A stretch of DNA of 64,000 nucleotides, taken from NCBI GenBank assembly GCA_973895155.1, contig OZ316896.1, positions 21,905,722 to 21,969,721 on the forward strand. The letters run 5' to 3'. Source of the DNA: Marsupella aquatica (taxonomy: Eukaryota; Plantae; Marchantiophyta). Shown piece after piece: positions 26,056 through 39,190 of this stretch. Within the stretch, counting starts at the first letter, position 1; each line of letters begins with the position of its first letter. The notes under the pieces are model-generated. The model was not told the DNA's origin, made no database searches, and saw only the letters and a program-made list of their open reading frames with translations. The position numbers and the translations under genes are program-made.

Positions 26056-26645
26056 AGCGGTAATTCTACGGGTACAACACAACGTTGGTAGATTTCGTAC
26101 GGGTAGTCAGCATGCAGGCTGCCCCGAGATTCCCTTTTCTGCCCCCACCCGGACGGTCACTGGTCAGTGGTCATGCGGTTCCCCAAGTGCCCGGCCCTCC
26201 TGCAACACTGGCAGGGGGACAGGGCAGGACAGACAACTAATTTACCGTAGAGTGATTGCTGAAAGTGGTCCTCCATTCGCTGCCGCTGCCCCTCGTGCCT
26301 GGGCTGCCCGGTCCCTATTCGTTGCTGCCCTGGGAGAGAATGAGATTTGTTATAAGGAACTCATTTATTTATTTACTATAATTCTCTGGGTCCTAAGCTT
26401 AGATGGTAACCGGCCAACTCACCTAATTTCTTGAAGTTCAACTCTTGGTGAGCAATGGGTTTGGGTGAACCACACTTTGACATAGGGGCTACGAGAAAGT
26501 TACTCAACTAATAAAGCTTGACCTTGGAATTGAGTCAATGAAATTGATATTGTCTTACAAGTATTGTTGAGCAAACTCTACACTTATGTGTATTAGCATA
26601 GAGTAAGTAGTATTCAAAAATGTGAAAGTTCACCCTCACGTGTTT

Positions 26646-26957
26646 TTGTTTTTGCTTTGAAACCGAAAGCTAACCCATCCAACTGAGGATGTGCTATCAA
26701 CTCCCTAAACCCAACTCCAGAGCATGCACCTCTCTAAGGTAGTCCAAAAGGGGGGTCATACCTAGGACCAGGAGGGAGAGAGGGTTGGACCAGAGCCCAA
26801 AGCGGACCAGCCAGGTTTGAGGAGAAACCAGTACACCCACCACTACACCCCACACACAAACTCACCTTTCACAACCCTTGCAACTGGAAGGGGGATTGAA
26901 CCCGAGACCTGTCAGTTCTAGGCTCATCCTCTGGTCAACTGACCACAACCAGTTTGT
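26646..26957 (-). mobile_element. tRNA-derived SINE, about 310 bp
   Basis: Minus-strand head with A-box-like TGGTCAGTTGA (26945-26935) and B-box GGTTCAATCC (26902-26893). A-rich tail CAAAGCAAAAACAAAAACA. Degenerate TSD TTCACCCT..GTGTTTT at 26629 and 26958. Confidence 0.65.
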
Positions 26958-28639
26958 TTCACCCTAGTGTTTTCACCATTTTGTGAGGGATGAATGGTGA
27001 GCAATAAAAATCAGCAATGGATGGTTCAAAGCTTAGGGGTGTGTTACACATAGGCCACCCTTTTTTTTTGCAGCCCTCGGTTCTCCCTAAACTGCTGCTC
27101 GGTGTTAGTGGGCCTGACTTTAGTGACTTGGATTCATTTTGTTTTATTTAGATTTCACATGTATTTCAAGAACAACAAAGTGCAGAACCTTTGCCCTCAG
27201 AAGCCTGTCTCAAGAGGAGGTTCTTGTATGACATTCTCAGTCTATAATATGATACTACCAGTCCCATTTACAATACACTACATGCAAAACAGCCCTTAGC
27301 AATAATGTGTTTTTCCAATAAATGAGCTTCCAACGAAGGCTTATCCAGAATGATTTTACCTTGGTGGTGCCCGTAAAAACAGGAATTACCCTATTAAGGG
27401 GAACATGAATGATTATACCTTGTTGCTGCCTGTAATGGGAGGGGGGAGGAGGGATGCATTTGACTCTTTTACTGTCACGAAGCAACTTGAGCGCTACAGT
27501 ACTTTATATGACCCAGGACAGCTAAGCCTTCCCTTCAATATAACTACAGTAGAACCTTCAATGATATAGCTAGAAATTTTATTCGCTTTACAGAATCCCA
27601 ATCACCTTTGTGCAGCACAGCATATTGTGTTATAGCACCAGCAGTATTGCAGACGCATATTTCTAATGTTTTTTGGACTAAATGGTGGGGCTCTGCTGTG
27701 GTTAAAGTGCAGTACCTATACCTACTGTATATAATTCTGTTGATAAGTCTGCATTGACGATATCAACAACACGAAGAGGAAGTCATGACTGTTACTGTAG
27801 CTAGTTGATTTTATAAAGGTGTGAAGGTGCTCATGATTGCCAAGTTCAACGAGCAACAATGACAACGTTGAATATGCTAAACCAAAATTAATTCCTATGG
27901 AGGGTCCTCCAAACTCACTTATTGCATTTGGGTTCACTTTTTGATGTTATGGGTCTCCATTTAGCTCATTAGAGAGCAAATTCCAATTTCTGTAAGTGCA
28001 AAATGTTCGGTGAGCACTACTTTGGAATGATGGTTTTGGGCAAAAGCTGGTTGAAGCTTAAATACTTCAAAACTCATTTGCCACAACAAAAACTACCGCT
28101 ATATTGGGCTCCGGTTGCTAGGATGACTAATCTTGAACAAACTCTGGATTTATGTAGATCCACTAACCTTTGGATGGTATCAAAAAATGTGAAACATTCA
28201 CTTTCATGTCAGAATCTTCTGTGCACATGTGGACACACTGGAAAAATCAAATGGGCAATAAGAATTCCCAAAATGCTAATCCAGCTTCTTCTGAAATGTC
28301 AATGATTATCAAGGTAAATCCCAGCAACAATTACAATGTTCACAAAGCTAAAGAAAAAACTTACTACATCAAAGCTGGAGTTCACGTACCCCAACTACAG
28401 TCGTGCAAAGTTGACCAGCCGTGGCTATCATTTATTAATTAAACCTGTCGTTGTGTATTGGTGGACTGGACTGGCACACCCACTGACTGGGGCAGACATT
28501 GAGGGAGGGACGATAAGCACGGTGTCCCCATATGGGCAGTCAGGGTGGTGGGCCACACAGCCCATGGTTCACGACCCTATTATTTCAGTGCACTACAAAT
28601 CAAATCATTCCAAAACTACGGTTGGGAGAAATAGATATT

Positions 28640-29025
28640 TATTTGATGGACCCTAAAATGAAAAGTTCTATTGGATGGACCCCACGAGTGATCTAGACTT
28701 TCAATAGACCTTAAATAAACATTTAAATGTCATTGATTGACCCCATGAGTGATCTACACACTGATAGACCTCAACATCCCAAAGTGTTATTCGAATGACA
28801 CCATGAGGGGATCTTGACCTTAACTCAACAGACCTAAAATGTGGGTTGATTGAACCCATGAATTGATCTTCAGCATTGACTATTGATAGACACTAAATTG
28901 AAGTACCAAAGTGTTACATGGTAGACCCATGAGTGATCTAGATCATTGATGGACCTTAAATATGCCTACCAAAAGGTTATTTGATGGACCCCAGGAATGA
29001 TCCAAACCCTTCATAAACCTTAAAT
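28640..29025. repeat. degenerate minisatellite, about 60-bp unit, about 6 copies
   Basis: Recurrent GAT(G/T)GACCCCATGAGTGATCTA...TAGACCT(T/C)AA. Confidence 0.7.
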
Positions 29026-29759
29026 CAACCTGCCGAAAACTTCATGGGTTGGTTAGGGACAAGACTTCTGGTTTAGGGGTCCATCAAGTAAATATCCCTT
29101 CAGACAATGAGAATCGGTTCTTTGCTTATGTAGGAAACAGGACGAGTTCTGTTCCTGGCACATAATTTTATGAAAGGGTCCGGGCAGGTGGGCCCCGTTG
29201 CCACGCGCCTGCCTTCAAGTCTTCATGATGTTGCATTGCAGCAGGTCTGCAACTTTGGCCCCTCAGCCCCTGCTTCCTGCCCGCTTCATCATTCGTTCCG
29301 GTCTTAAATTTTTGGAGCACGGAAACAGGAAAGGGAAAACGGGCCCACGGGCATGCGGTACGGGCACACGGCCCCACAGCATGTTGCGCGCGAAACTCTC
29401 CGTATGGAAAGTTCTATTTGATGGGGACGGTGCCGGGAAATGACCAAAGCGCCATCCCCGGCGACGGCGACCGGGATTTCCGGCCAGGGCAGGTCAGGGC
29501 AGCCCGCCGAGCGCGTATGGAACGGAAAAGTGAGACGACGAAAATGATGCGAAGTTAACGGTTAGCCGGGAGGTTCGCGTCGGTTATCTCGGGACCCGCC
29601 AACTCGACGGATTGGCCGCAACGGCGATGGATTCTTGTGTCAGGGGAATCCGTTTCGTGGATGGTGAAAAGCTTGCACGAATGAATGAATGATGCATTCC
29701 GAGTATTCGAGTAACATAATTGGAGAGGAGACTTCAGAAGTTTAATTCTCATTTAGACC

Positions 29760-30647
29760 AGTCCCGTGAACCTTGCAACCAGGGTGGACCAGATCGCTTT
29801 TGAACCAAAATAATGGTTTTTTTTTAACAAGAAAAGTGTTATCTGAGTAGAGAAAAGGTGTTTTTGCGGTCCATCCAGGAGTGCTAGTCCATCCAAACCT
29901 TTTGTGGAGCACTTTGGTCCACCTGGGCTTCAGTTTGGATAATGTGTCGTGCATTGGGAAAGAAGTAGAAATTCCCCTAGGGTTGTACAATAGTAGACAG
30001 TAAGTGATGTTGAACCCATGTGTTGTCAAGTATAAATGAGATGGCCAGGCACCCGTGAACCTTGCAACCAGGATGGATTAGATCGCTTTCAAACAAAAAT
30101 AATGAATTTTTTTTAACAGGAAAAGTGTTATCTGAGTAGAGAAAAGGTTTTTCTGGGGTCCATCCACGAGTGCTAGTCCATCCAAACCTTTTGTGGACCA
30201 CATTTTGGTCCACCTGGGCTTCAGTTTTGGATAATTTGTCTTGCAGTGGGAAAGAAATAAAAATTCATCCTGGCACTAGCATTGTACAATAGGAGACAGT
30301 AAGTGATGTTGAGTCATGTGTTGTCAAGTATAAATAAGATGGCCAGGCACCCATGAACCTTGCAACCAGATGGATAAGATGGCTTCGAAAAAAAATAATG
30401 AATTTTTTTTAACAGGAAAATTGTTATCTGAGTAGAGAAAAGGTTTTTTTGCGGTCCATCCCAAGAGTGCTAGTCCATCCAAACCTTTTGTGGACCACAT
30501 TTTGGTCCACGTGGGCTTCAGTTTTGGATAATTTGTCTTGCAGTGGGAAAGAAATAAAAATTCATCCCGGCACTAGCATTGTACAATAGGAGACTGCAAG
30601 TGATTTTGAGCCCATGTGTTGTCAAGTATAAATAAGATGGCCAGGCA
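29760..30647. repeat. tandem repeat of about 290-298 bp, 3 copies
   Basis: CCC(G/A)TGAACCTTGCAACCAG at 29763, 30052 and 30350. Shares the TTATCTGAGTA and GTCCATC motifs with the 21.5-26 kb repeats. Confidence 0.9.
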
Positions 30648-31270
30648 GTGGGATACTTTGAAGAGTCAGCCGGCCTGGCAATTGGATTTCAAGGAATATT
30701 TGACAAGTAGTCCAAGGGAAAGGTGCACTATGACACCTTTAGGTCCACCTCATCATTAGAAAAAAATATAAGCATAATCCAACAGCCAGGGAGGCTTCCT
30801 GCCAAAATGACATTTCAGATACACACCTTACACAGAAACAGCAGGATAGCATAATCTAGTGTTTAGATGAAGTCATCCACAGTTATGTCAAAAGTTGAAG
30901 CTGGAACAGAGCTCTCCCATAAACTATTGCAATAGACTTGTTGTCATGAGGATTGAAAGGAGGGTGGCTTGAAACCTCTGTTGCGTTTTGTTTTCATATT
31001 GTAGCCACATGTGTTCAAAATAGAGCAAACATTATTTTGTTGGAAAGCCATTCAATGCTCTCTCTAAGGAGCCAATCTGAGCCTTGAGATTTGAAGCAAT
31101 TATGGAACATCAAGCTCGAAAGATGGTTCCCTGTCAGGCTGTCACTACATATTAATTTTTAATCTTAAGTGTTAAATGATATCCAAGTCAATTATGATAC
31201 TAGTACAAAGTAATTACTGTATACTCAAAGCGGGTTTAACCGGGTTTGTGATGACCAAGGGTTAGTCACA

Positions 31271-31304
31271 CTCCCTCCCTCCCTCCCTCCCTCCCTCCCT
31301 CCCT
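31271..31304. repeat. (CCCT)n microsatellite
   Basis: About 8 perfect units. Confidence 0.9.
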
Positions 31305-31561
31305 CTTCTTTCTAAAGACGTCTAAAATGAAGCACTTGGGAATGTATATTTTCAAAGTTTTATAATCATACAGATAAGGTGTTTCCTTGGAATAATCATA
31401 CAGATAAGGTGTTTACAACACAAAAACTAAAATAGGTCATTTAAATATAAAATTAGGATTGTTTGAGGAATTGTCTATTTACAATTTAGGGTTTTTTAAA
31501 AATTAGGTCAGGTTTGCACTTGTTACATTTTGAAAATATACACTAAGTTAACCTCTGAGAG

Positions 31562-31643
31562 CTGGCCACACAAACTGAATGGATGAAAAGCACAATCAAT
31601 CACTGGCCACACAAACTGAATGGATGAAAAGCACAATCAATCA
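31562..31643. repeat. perfect 41-bp tandem duplication
   Basis: CTGGCCACACAAACTGAATGGATGAAAAGCACAATCAATCA occurs twice. Confidence 0.9.
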
Positions 31644-32327
31644 CTCTTTCTCATTGCTCTCTACTTACAATAACTCCCTGGCTCTCCTTGCTCTTGAGGA
31701 GTCTATTTTGCTATCCTAACAGCCTCACTTGTGGCTATCTTACCCTTGTATACTGCTAAAGGATTTATTCTTGTCAAGATTCCTAAAACGTCCATTTGTA
31801 GAGATGAAAAAATCCACAATAAGATTTTTTTGTAATGAGCTCACTTTGTCCCAAAACTGGCTTGAACAATGAAGTTGTCTTCAACTGGTTTGAACAATGA
31901 AGTTGTCGACAAACCTCTTATCCACAACCATATCTTGAAAATAAAAGATGATGACATTTGTCCAAAAACTGGTTTGAACTATGAAGTGATCCACTGTCTA
32001 ACCTTTATCCACAATAAGATCTTTTTGTAAAGTAAGCAAGTCCCATCCCATTTGTACTAAAACTGGCGTAAACCATGATATCATCCACAAAACCTTTAAG
32101 TGAAGTAAGGATTGTCTCATCCAACCTCAGTGGATGGTGTTCCAAGAGGATAAAGCTCAATTGTTAGAAGAGTATCCTAAGAAGTGTAAAAGTGGCGACC
32201 ATCTTGTGGATTTATTGAATCCTGAGATTTACTATATTGCTACCTTTTTTCAATATGATACTTTGTCATTTAAAAAATTTAATTACTGCATTACCGTCTT
32301 TTTCCATTGTTGGTTAAAGCAAACTAA

Positions 32328-32723
32328 TGTTGAGCATAACACATTCGTAACGGCAAGCCCATGATGCTCTGATACCACTTGTTGAGCATAGACGACATTC
32401 GTAACGGCAAGCCCATGAACCATCCAACGCACAATAATCGACACAGAGAGATACGTGGTTCACCTCCACATGAGGCTACGTCCACGGGAACACACAAGAG
32501 CTTTAGTGCACTCTAGGTCGACCGGCCATACCAAGCATCCACAACACAAGCTCTCCCTATCTCTCAACTAGCTCCGTAACAATGAGCCTAAGTTCCACCA
32601 GGGTCTGGCATCAGCCCTGGCTATATGCACAACAGCACTACCGCTAACATTAGCTAAGTCCTAACCCGAGTTAGACTAACTATGGTTAGCTCATGAGTCA
32701 CAAGACTAGAGCAATATCTAACA
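32328..32723 (-). repeat. 3' LTR (396 bp)
   Basis: TGTTGAG...ATCTAACA. By eye it has about 8 substitutions plus 2 nt of indel versus the 5' LTR. Confidence 0.92.
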
Positions 32724-32740
32724 AACTCCCCCTTGACTCT
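32724..32740 (-). promoter_or_regulatory. polypurine tract (PPT)
   Basis: Minus strand GAGTCAAGGGGGAGTT directly precedes the 3' LTR. Confidence 0.85.
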
Positions 32741-32930
32741 TGTCCTGGGGACTGGACTAAATGCTACCATATGGAATCCTCAGCGGAAAGTTCTAGACAA
32801 TCACCAAACCAGGTCTCCCCCTAAAAACCACAATGGTTAACTAAGGGTTAACTAGAACTAAGCCATAGCCAAACAGGAATGAGTAATCCATATACAAATA
32901 GTCACACATTGCTAAATAACTCTACTTGCA

Positions 32931-35900
32931 CTACAATTGCAAAACCTGTAAAGTAGCACGGTGTCTTGAGAAACTCTCCAAAGGAATCACTTTAGTAAAG
33001 GCATCAGCGGGATTGAGCTTTCCATCAATCTTGACTAGCTCAAAAGTTTTATCAGACATTGCTTGCCTGATAAAATGGTACCTGATGTCAATGTGCTTCA
33101 CCCTACTATCCATCACTTGCTTAGCAGCCAAGTGAAGAGCACTCTGATTATCACAGTTTAGAGTCATTTTGCCATGCTCTAAACCCATCTCCGCGATCAA
33201 CTTATCCAACCAAATTGTTTCCTTTGTTGCTTTTGCTGCTGCAACATACTCTGCTTCTGTAGTAGACTGAGATATGCATTTCTGCAAGGTAGATTTCCAA
33301 CTGATACATCCTCCTCCAAGAGTGTATACAAACCCAGTTGTAGACCTCCTTGTATCCAGACAGCCTCCACAGTCAGAATCTACATAGCCAACTAACGTTC
33401 TATTTGATCTGTTATCAAATAGTAATCCATAGTCCTGTGTTCCCTTCAGATACTTGAGAATCCACTTCACAGCTTCCCAATGTACCTTCCCTGGATTTGA
33501 CATGAATATGCTAACCTTGCCCATCGCTAGGGCCAAGTCAGGCCTAGTACAAGTCATCAAATACATCAGACTGCCTACTACCTTCTCATAAGGAATCTTA
33601 GCCATCAGACCTTTCTCCACAGCATCCGTAGGAGAGAAAGCCGATGATAACTTGAAATGTGAAGCTAAAGGAATACTCACTGGTTTACAGTTCTCCATGT
33701 TGAATTGTGCAAGTACTTTCCTCGCATATTGGCCTTGACTCAAACACAACTGTCCAGTATTAGAGTTCATAAAAATCTCCATCCCTAAGATCCTCTTGGC
33801 TTTACCAAGATCCTTCATCCTGAATTCAACACTCAATTTTGCCTTGAGACTGTCCACCTTAGATTGATCTTTAGCCACAATTAGCATGTCATCCACATAG
33901 ATCACCAGAATGATGAAATCAAATACATCATTCTTGACTGATTTCGTATATACACAAGGATCATACACCATCCTTGTAAAACCTTGAGCAAGCATAAAAT
34001 CATCAAACCGCTTGTTCGACTGTCTGGGAGATTGCTTCAATCCATACAAGGATTTGAGCAATCTGCAAACTAAGTTCTCTTGGCCCTTCTTCATAAAGCC
34101 TAGTGGCTGTCTCATGAAGATAAAATTTTCCAAGTTGCCATAGAGAAAAGCAGTAACAACATCCATCTGGTCCATCACCAGACCAAAAAACACAACAAGC
34201 TGACACAAGATCCGTATTGTGGAATACTTAACCACCGGTGAAAAGACCTCATTGTAGTCCACTCCTTTCTCCTAAGTGAACCCCTTGGCAACAAGCCTTG
34301 CCTTGTGGATCTTATCTCCACCCTCTAAAGGACTGTCCTTCAACTTGTAAAACCACTTGCTGTCCATCACTTGCTGACCTCTTGGAAGCTCCACCAGCTC
34401 CCATGTCTTGTTGTCACTCAAAGATTGCAACTCCCTCTGCATTGCTGCATTCCACTCATGCTTTTGCTCTGAAGCACAAGCCTCACTGTACGAAGAAGGT
34501 TCTCCTTCTTCCAAGATCAAAGCCATGTCATCATCATTAGGTGCAATGTCAATATCATCTAGCTTAGATGAGTCTGCCCATTGACCATACCTGGTAGGAG
34601 CTCTAGTAGAACGACTGGAAGTTCTTCTAGTAGATGACTCAGACTGATCTACTACTGCTGCTGTTGGCTGAATTTGAGGTACCCCAACAACAATCTGCTC
34701 CTCTTGTTCCATCACAAGAACCAGCTCCAAGCCTGGAGCTTCTCCATCTCTCCTGTCATGAACAACATCATGACTAATCTCCCCCTCAACCCGGTCCGGG
34801 ATGAGAGATTTTCCCTTGTCAGTGTGGGAGTCCTGAGAACTCTCCCCCTCCTTTGATGATCTGGATTCATTAAAGGACACATCTCTACTGATAATTAGCT
34901 TATAGGTTATTGGATCCCATAACCTTTCACACCTTTCTGAAAGCCAAGGAAAATGCACTTCTTTGACTTGGACTCCAGCTTGGATCGAAGCTGGGAAGGT
35001 GTAAGCACATAAGCATCACATCCAAAAATCCTCAGATGTGAGTAATCTGCTAGACGCCTGTACCTCATTTCAAATGGCGTCTTGAATCCAATAGAACTGG
35101 ATGGAGAAAAATTTACCAAATAAGCTGTAGTGTTGACAGCTTCAGCCCAAAACTCATGTGGTAAGCATGATCGACTCAACATACTCCTCGAGCAGTCCAA
35201 TAGTGTCCGGTTGAGTTTCTCAGAAACACCATTCTATTGAGGAGTATAACTTATTGTGAGATGGCGGGTAATCCTTTGCTCCTTACAATATGTTCTAAAT
35301 TCCCCGGAATTGTATTCACTGCCGTTATCCGATCGAAGATATCTCACCTTATTACCAGTCTGATTCTCTACTTGGGCTTCCACTCCTTAAAAGTGGCAAA
35401 AACATCAGACTTATTGTGTAGAAAGTATATTCACACATACCTTGAGTAATCGTCTATGAACGTGACATAATATAACTGTCCGATATGTGAGGGAGTAGGG
35501 ACTGGACCCCACACATCACTATGTACATACTCAAGTATTTCCTTGCTAGTGTGAGTTCCAACTCCGAAGGGTTTCCTGTGCTGCTTCCCTAGCACACAGT
35601 GCTCACAAAATTCCAACTTACAAGATTGCAAATTAGAAAATAATCTTTTTTTCTGAAGAATAGCCAAACCTTTTTCACTCATGTGGCCCAAACTGAAGTG
35701 CCACAGCCGGGCCGTTTCCTCATGAGATAAGGATACATTGGCTTCATCACAAACTACACTGCCCTCCAATACGTATAGATTCTTATGTCTCTTTCCCTTC
35801 AATACAACTTTAATACCAGTTGAAACCTGAAGGACACCATTAGCAGAGCTCCACTGATGGTCATTTGCTTCTAAAACTCCAAGTGAAATGAGATTTTTCA

Positions 35901-37001
35901 TCATGCTGGGAATATGTCTCACATTCCTCAACGTTCTTATAGCACCATCAAACATCTGAAATCTTACAGATCCAAGTCCAACAACTTGATATGGGATTCC
36001 ATTTCCCATCAACACTGACCCGTTGGAAACCGTGTAAGAACTGAAAAATCTCTCCTAGAGCAAATGTGAAAAGTACATGCACTATCTAGAATCCAGTCAT
36101 CACTACCTGGATTTGACACTACGTTGAGAGCATAACCTTGACATCACAATATGTCATCATCATCGAGTAAATCTACCTCATGCGAGCTCGATGCCGCGTT
36201 AGCAGAGGCAGTAGGGACCTTTACTTGACAATCCCTTTTCATATGGCCAGGCTTGCCACAATTCCAACATGCAAGAGGCTTCCTCTCTTGCAATTTTCCT
36301 CTCGATTTAGATCTCCCCCGTGATGTACATCTAAACCTGTTTTGCCCATTCGTGCATTGCGCTGCTCTTCCCCTGTTCACATTGAGCGCAGTGCCAGAAA
36401 AAGATGTTGTCTGTGATTGACCTAGCCTCTTCTGAGCATCATCAGACAGTAATGAGCTCACCACCTCATTATACGAAATGGACTTCAGATCTCTATACAA
36501 GAGCACTGTTTCAAGCCCTGATATGATGGTGATAAGGAGCTTAGCAAAAGCAAGGCTTTATCCTCATCTTCAACTCCTTTTCCTAAGTTTGACAGATCCA
36601 CCGCTAGACTGTCAAACTCATCTAGGTGATCCTGCATCTTGCTCCCTTCCTTGAGCCTGAGGCTCATCAAGAGAGACTTCTTGTACAAACGGTCTGACGC
36701 ATCTTCCCGGTAGTACTTCTCTCTTAGAGCCTTGAACAATGAAGCGCAATCCGCATAATCATCCAATTGCTTAATGATGTGCGGCTTGAGATATAGCATC
36801 ACTGCATTGACAGCAATCACCTGCTCCTATCTCCACTGTCTCACATAAATCTCCTCCTCTCCATCATACTGCTCTCGCAAAGAAAGCAAATAAGCTACCC
36901 ATGGCCTGTAGAACACCCTTCACTTGCTTCTCCCACAACAAGTAATTAGTACGACCATCGTACTTCTCCACCTCAAACTTCACTCCTCCAAATCTAGCCA
37001 T
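32931..37001 (-). pseudogene. copia gag-pol polyprotein with several frameshifts and stops
   Basis: Gag start MARFGGVKFEVEKYDG; zinc knuckle CWNCGKPGHMKRDC; protease-like WILDSACTFH; integrase LWH..LGH..CEHC and VHSDVWGP; RT KARLVAKGF and IYVDDML; RNase H YVDSD, TTEAEY, CDNQSA and NPADAFTK. Confidence 0.93.
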
Positions 37002-38778
37002 CTCCCTCTTCTTCCCTACTATCGACAACTCTAGTAGTAGTATAGCTTCCTCCACTGCACGCCTCACCGGTGATCATACCGGTGATACTAGTTCCTACTC
37101 AAATGGTAGCAGCTCCTCCTCAGACTCTCCGTCTGACCGTTGCGATCCTAAAGCTCCACCGATGCCAATTCTTCCAGTATCCTCCGAGTCACTCATATGA
37201 AACAATCATGAAAAAATGTCTTTTTTTGAAACTTCTCATAAAACTCAAAACTCAACACCGCCGCGTAGCCCACGAAGCTAGGAGTCCAATACTGAAAGCC
37301 AAAATCAAAATCAAAATTCGACGGAAAAGTTATTCAAATTTCGATCGGGGTGGGTAAAACGTTGGGAAACTCCCCCGTTTTGACCACCTCGGAGAATAAT
37401 CAAAATACCAAGTACAACCTGTCGTCGGAATCGCGATGTGATTGGTGCGTCGCGTTGCTAACTCCAATGGCAACGTCCTCGCCGAAAAAGAACCAAAAAA
37501 GTTACCGTTCGTCGGACGGAATCTTTGTCGGACGGCCGGAAAACAGCTCTATATTTTTTGGGAATATTCCCGCACAGTCTGATAGGGCTCACAGGGGACC
37601 GTTCCCCCTGTCCAAGCGGTTAAAACGGAGGGCGGAAGGTCCGGTCACAAGGAGAACAAAAGGGAAGGAAAAGAAGGAAATAAAAAGCACCCTCAAGGGG
37701 GTGCAAAGGCCCCTTACCAAAAAATACTCGATATAAGGGCCGGGTACAATGCCAAGGTACACAGGGGATTCACGCGGGCAAAAAATATGGCTGCGTACGC
37801 AGCCTGGGTACTGGTCCGGCGAGATAGGAGGGAGCCGGAAGGGCACAACCACTTCGCGGTTGACGGCAGTACGAGGGGCGCTCGGGCGAAGGGCGAAGGG
37901 CCCAAACAAAATTTGTTTAAAACGGGTGGCTGCTTTGCAGCCGTGTAGAGTGCGATGGCGGCAGGTTTGGCGTCGGCCGACGCTCCGTAGCCAGCCGCGA
38001 CCAAGCGCAAACAAAAATCAAAAAGGAAGGGGGAGAGCGTATGCAAGTGTGTACGAAAAAATCACACTATAGTAACCTAAAACAAAAATGCCACTAAAAG
38101 CAAAAAAAAAAAGATACTCTTGCCTTGCCGTTTGCTTGAGGAAAGTGACCACCGCCGACGGGGAAAAAGGCTAAATTTCACTGGCACAGTCTGCTATTCC
38201 AGAAGAGAAGAAAATTTCTGCCGCGTCGCCTTCACTCCGCGTCAAATGCCACTCTCGGGCTCAAAATGACCGCCTTGCCGTGATCAAACCGTTGAGCCAA
38301 AGCACTTCGCGTCTCTTCCACTGAGTTGGATGTCACGAAGAGAAACCCAGTTCAGATGTGAACAAGCTCCATAGCTTGTGAAAAAATCTGAACGCCTCCT
38401 TCACTCGTCACGACGTACTCGATAACAACTCGGCAGCAATCCAGCTACCGAAACGTCCAGCTCGCATAAACCTTCAACTTGAGCTATAATGTGCGATCCC
38501 CCGAACACTGCACAGCTTACACCGTTGAACAACGCAAACTCTGGTCTCTCCCCCGAAAACCCGTCGAACACGAATAAAACCTGAACGACGCAAACTTTGA
38601 TTCCTCCGCACCACGGATACCGATCAGCGAGTTCTAACCACCGTTAGAAAGCCCTCTCACTAACCTATCCGCTCAGCCACACACATTCGAGTTTCATGCG
38701 ACGAAACTCCGAATGTGCCATCGACAATGAACACTGGAAAAACTTGTCACGAAAAAAACCTTGTCACCTCCCAAGCAT

Positions 38779-38790
38779 GCTCTGTTACCA
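38779..38790 (-). promoter_or_regulatory. primer-binding site (tRNA-iMet type)
   Basis: Minus strand TGGTAACAGAGC, one mismatch to TGGTATCAGAGC, 2 nt after the 5' LTR end. Confidence 0.85.
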
Positions 38791-38792
38791 CT

Positions 38793-39190
38793 TGTTGAGC
38801 ATAGACGACATTCGTAACGGCAAGCCCATGATGCTTTGATACCACTTGTTAAGCATAGACGACATTCGTAACGGCAAGCCCATGAACCATCCAACGCACA
38901 ATAGTCGACACAGAGAGATACGTGGTTCACCTCCACATGAGGCTACGTCCACGGGAACACACAAGAGCTTTACTGCACTCTAGGTCGACCGGCCATACCA
39001 AGCTTCCACAGCACAAGCTCTCTCTATCTCTCAACTAGCTCCGTAACAATGAGCCTAAGTTCCACCAGGGTCTGGCATCAGCCTTGGCTATATGCACAAC
39101 AGCACTACCGCTAACATTAGCTAAGTCCTAACCCGAGTTAGACTAACTATGGTTAGCTCATGAGTCACAAGACTAGAGCAATATCTAACA
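38793..39190 (-). repeat. 5' LTR (398 bp)
   Basis: Direct repeat of 32328-32723, followed by the TSD ACTAA. Confidence 0.92.

Larger units (their letters stand above)
32328..39190 (-). mobile_element. full-length Ty1/copia LTR retrotransposon (Tnt1-like), coding region decayed
   Basis: Paired TG...CA LTRs, 5-bp TSD ACTAA (32323-32327 and 39191-39195), Met-i PBS, PPT, and gag-PR-IN-RT-RH domain order. Confidence 0.95.

Noticed and set aside
27200-28450. Coding-like fragments, possibly a transposase fossil
   Set aside because: No catalytic motif could be read with confidence.
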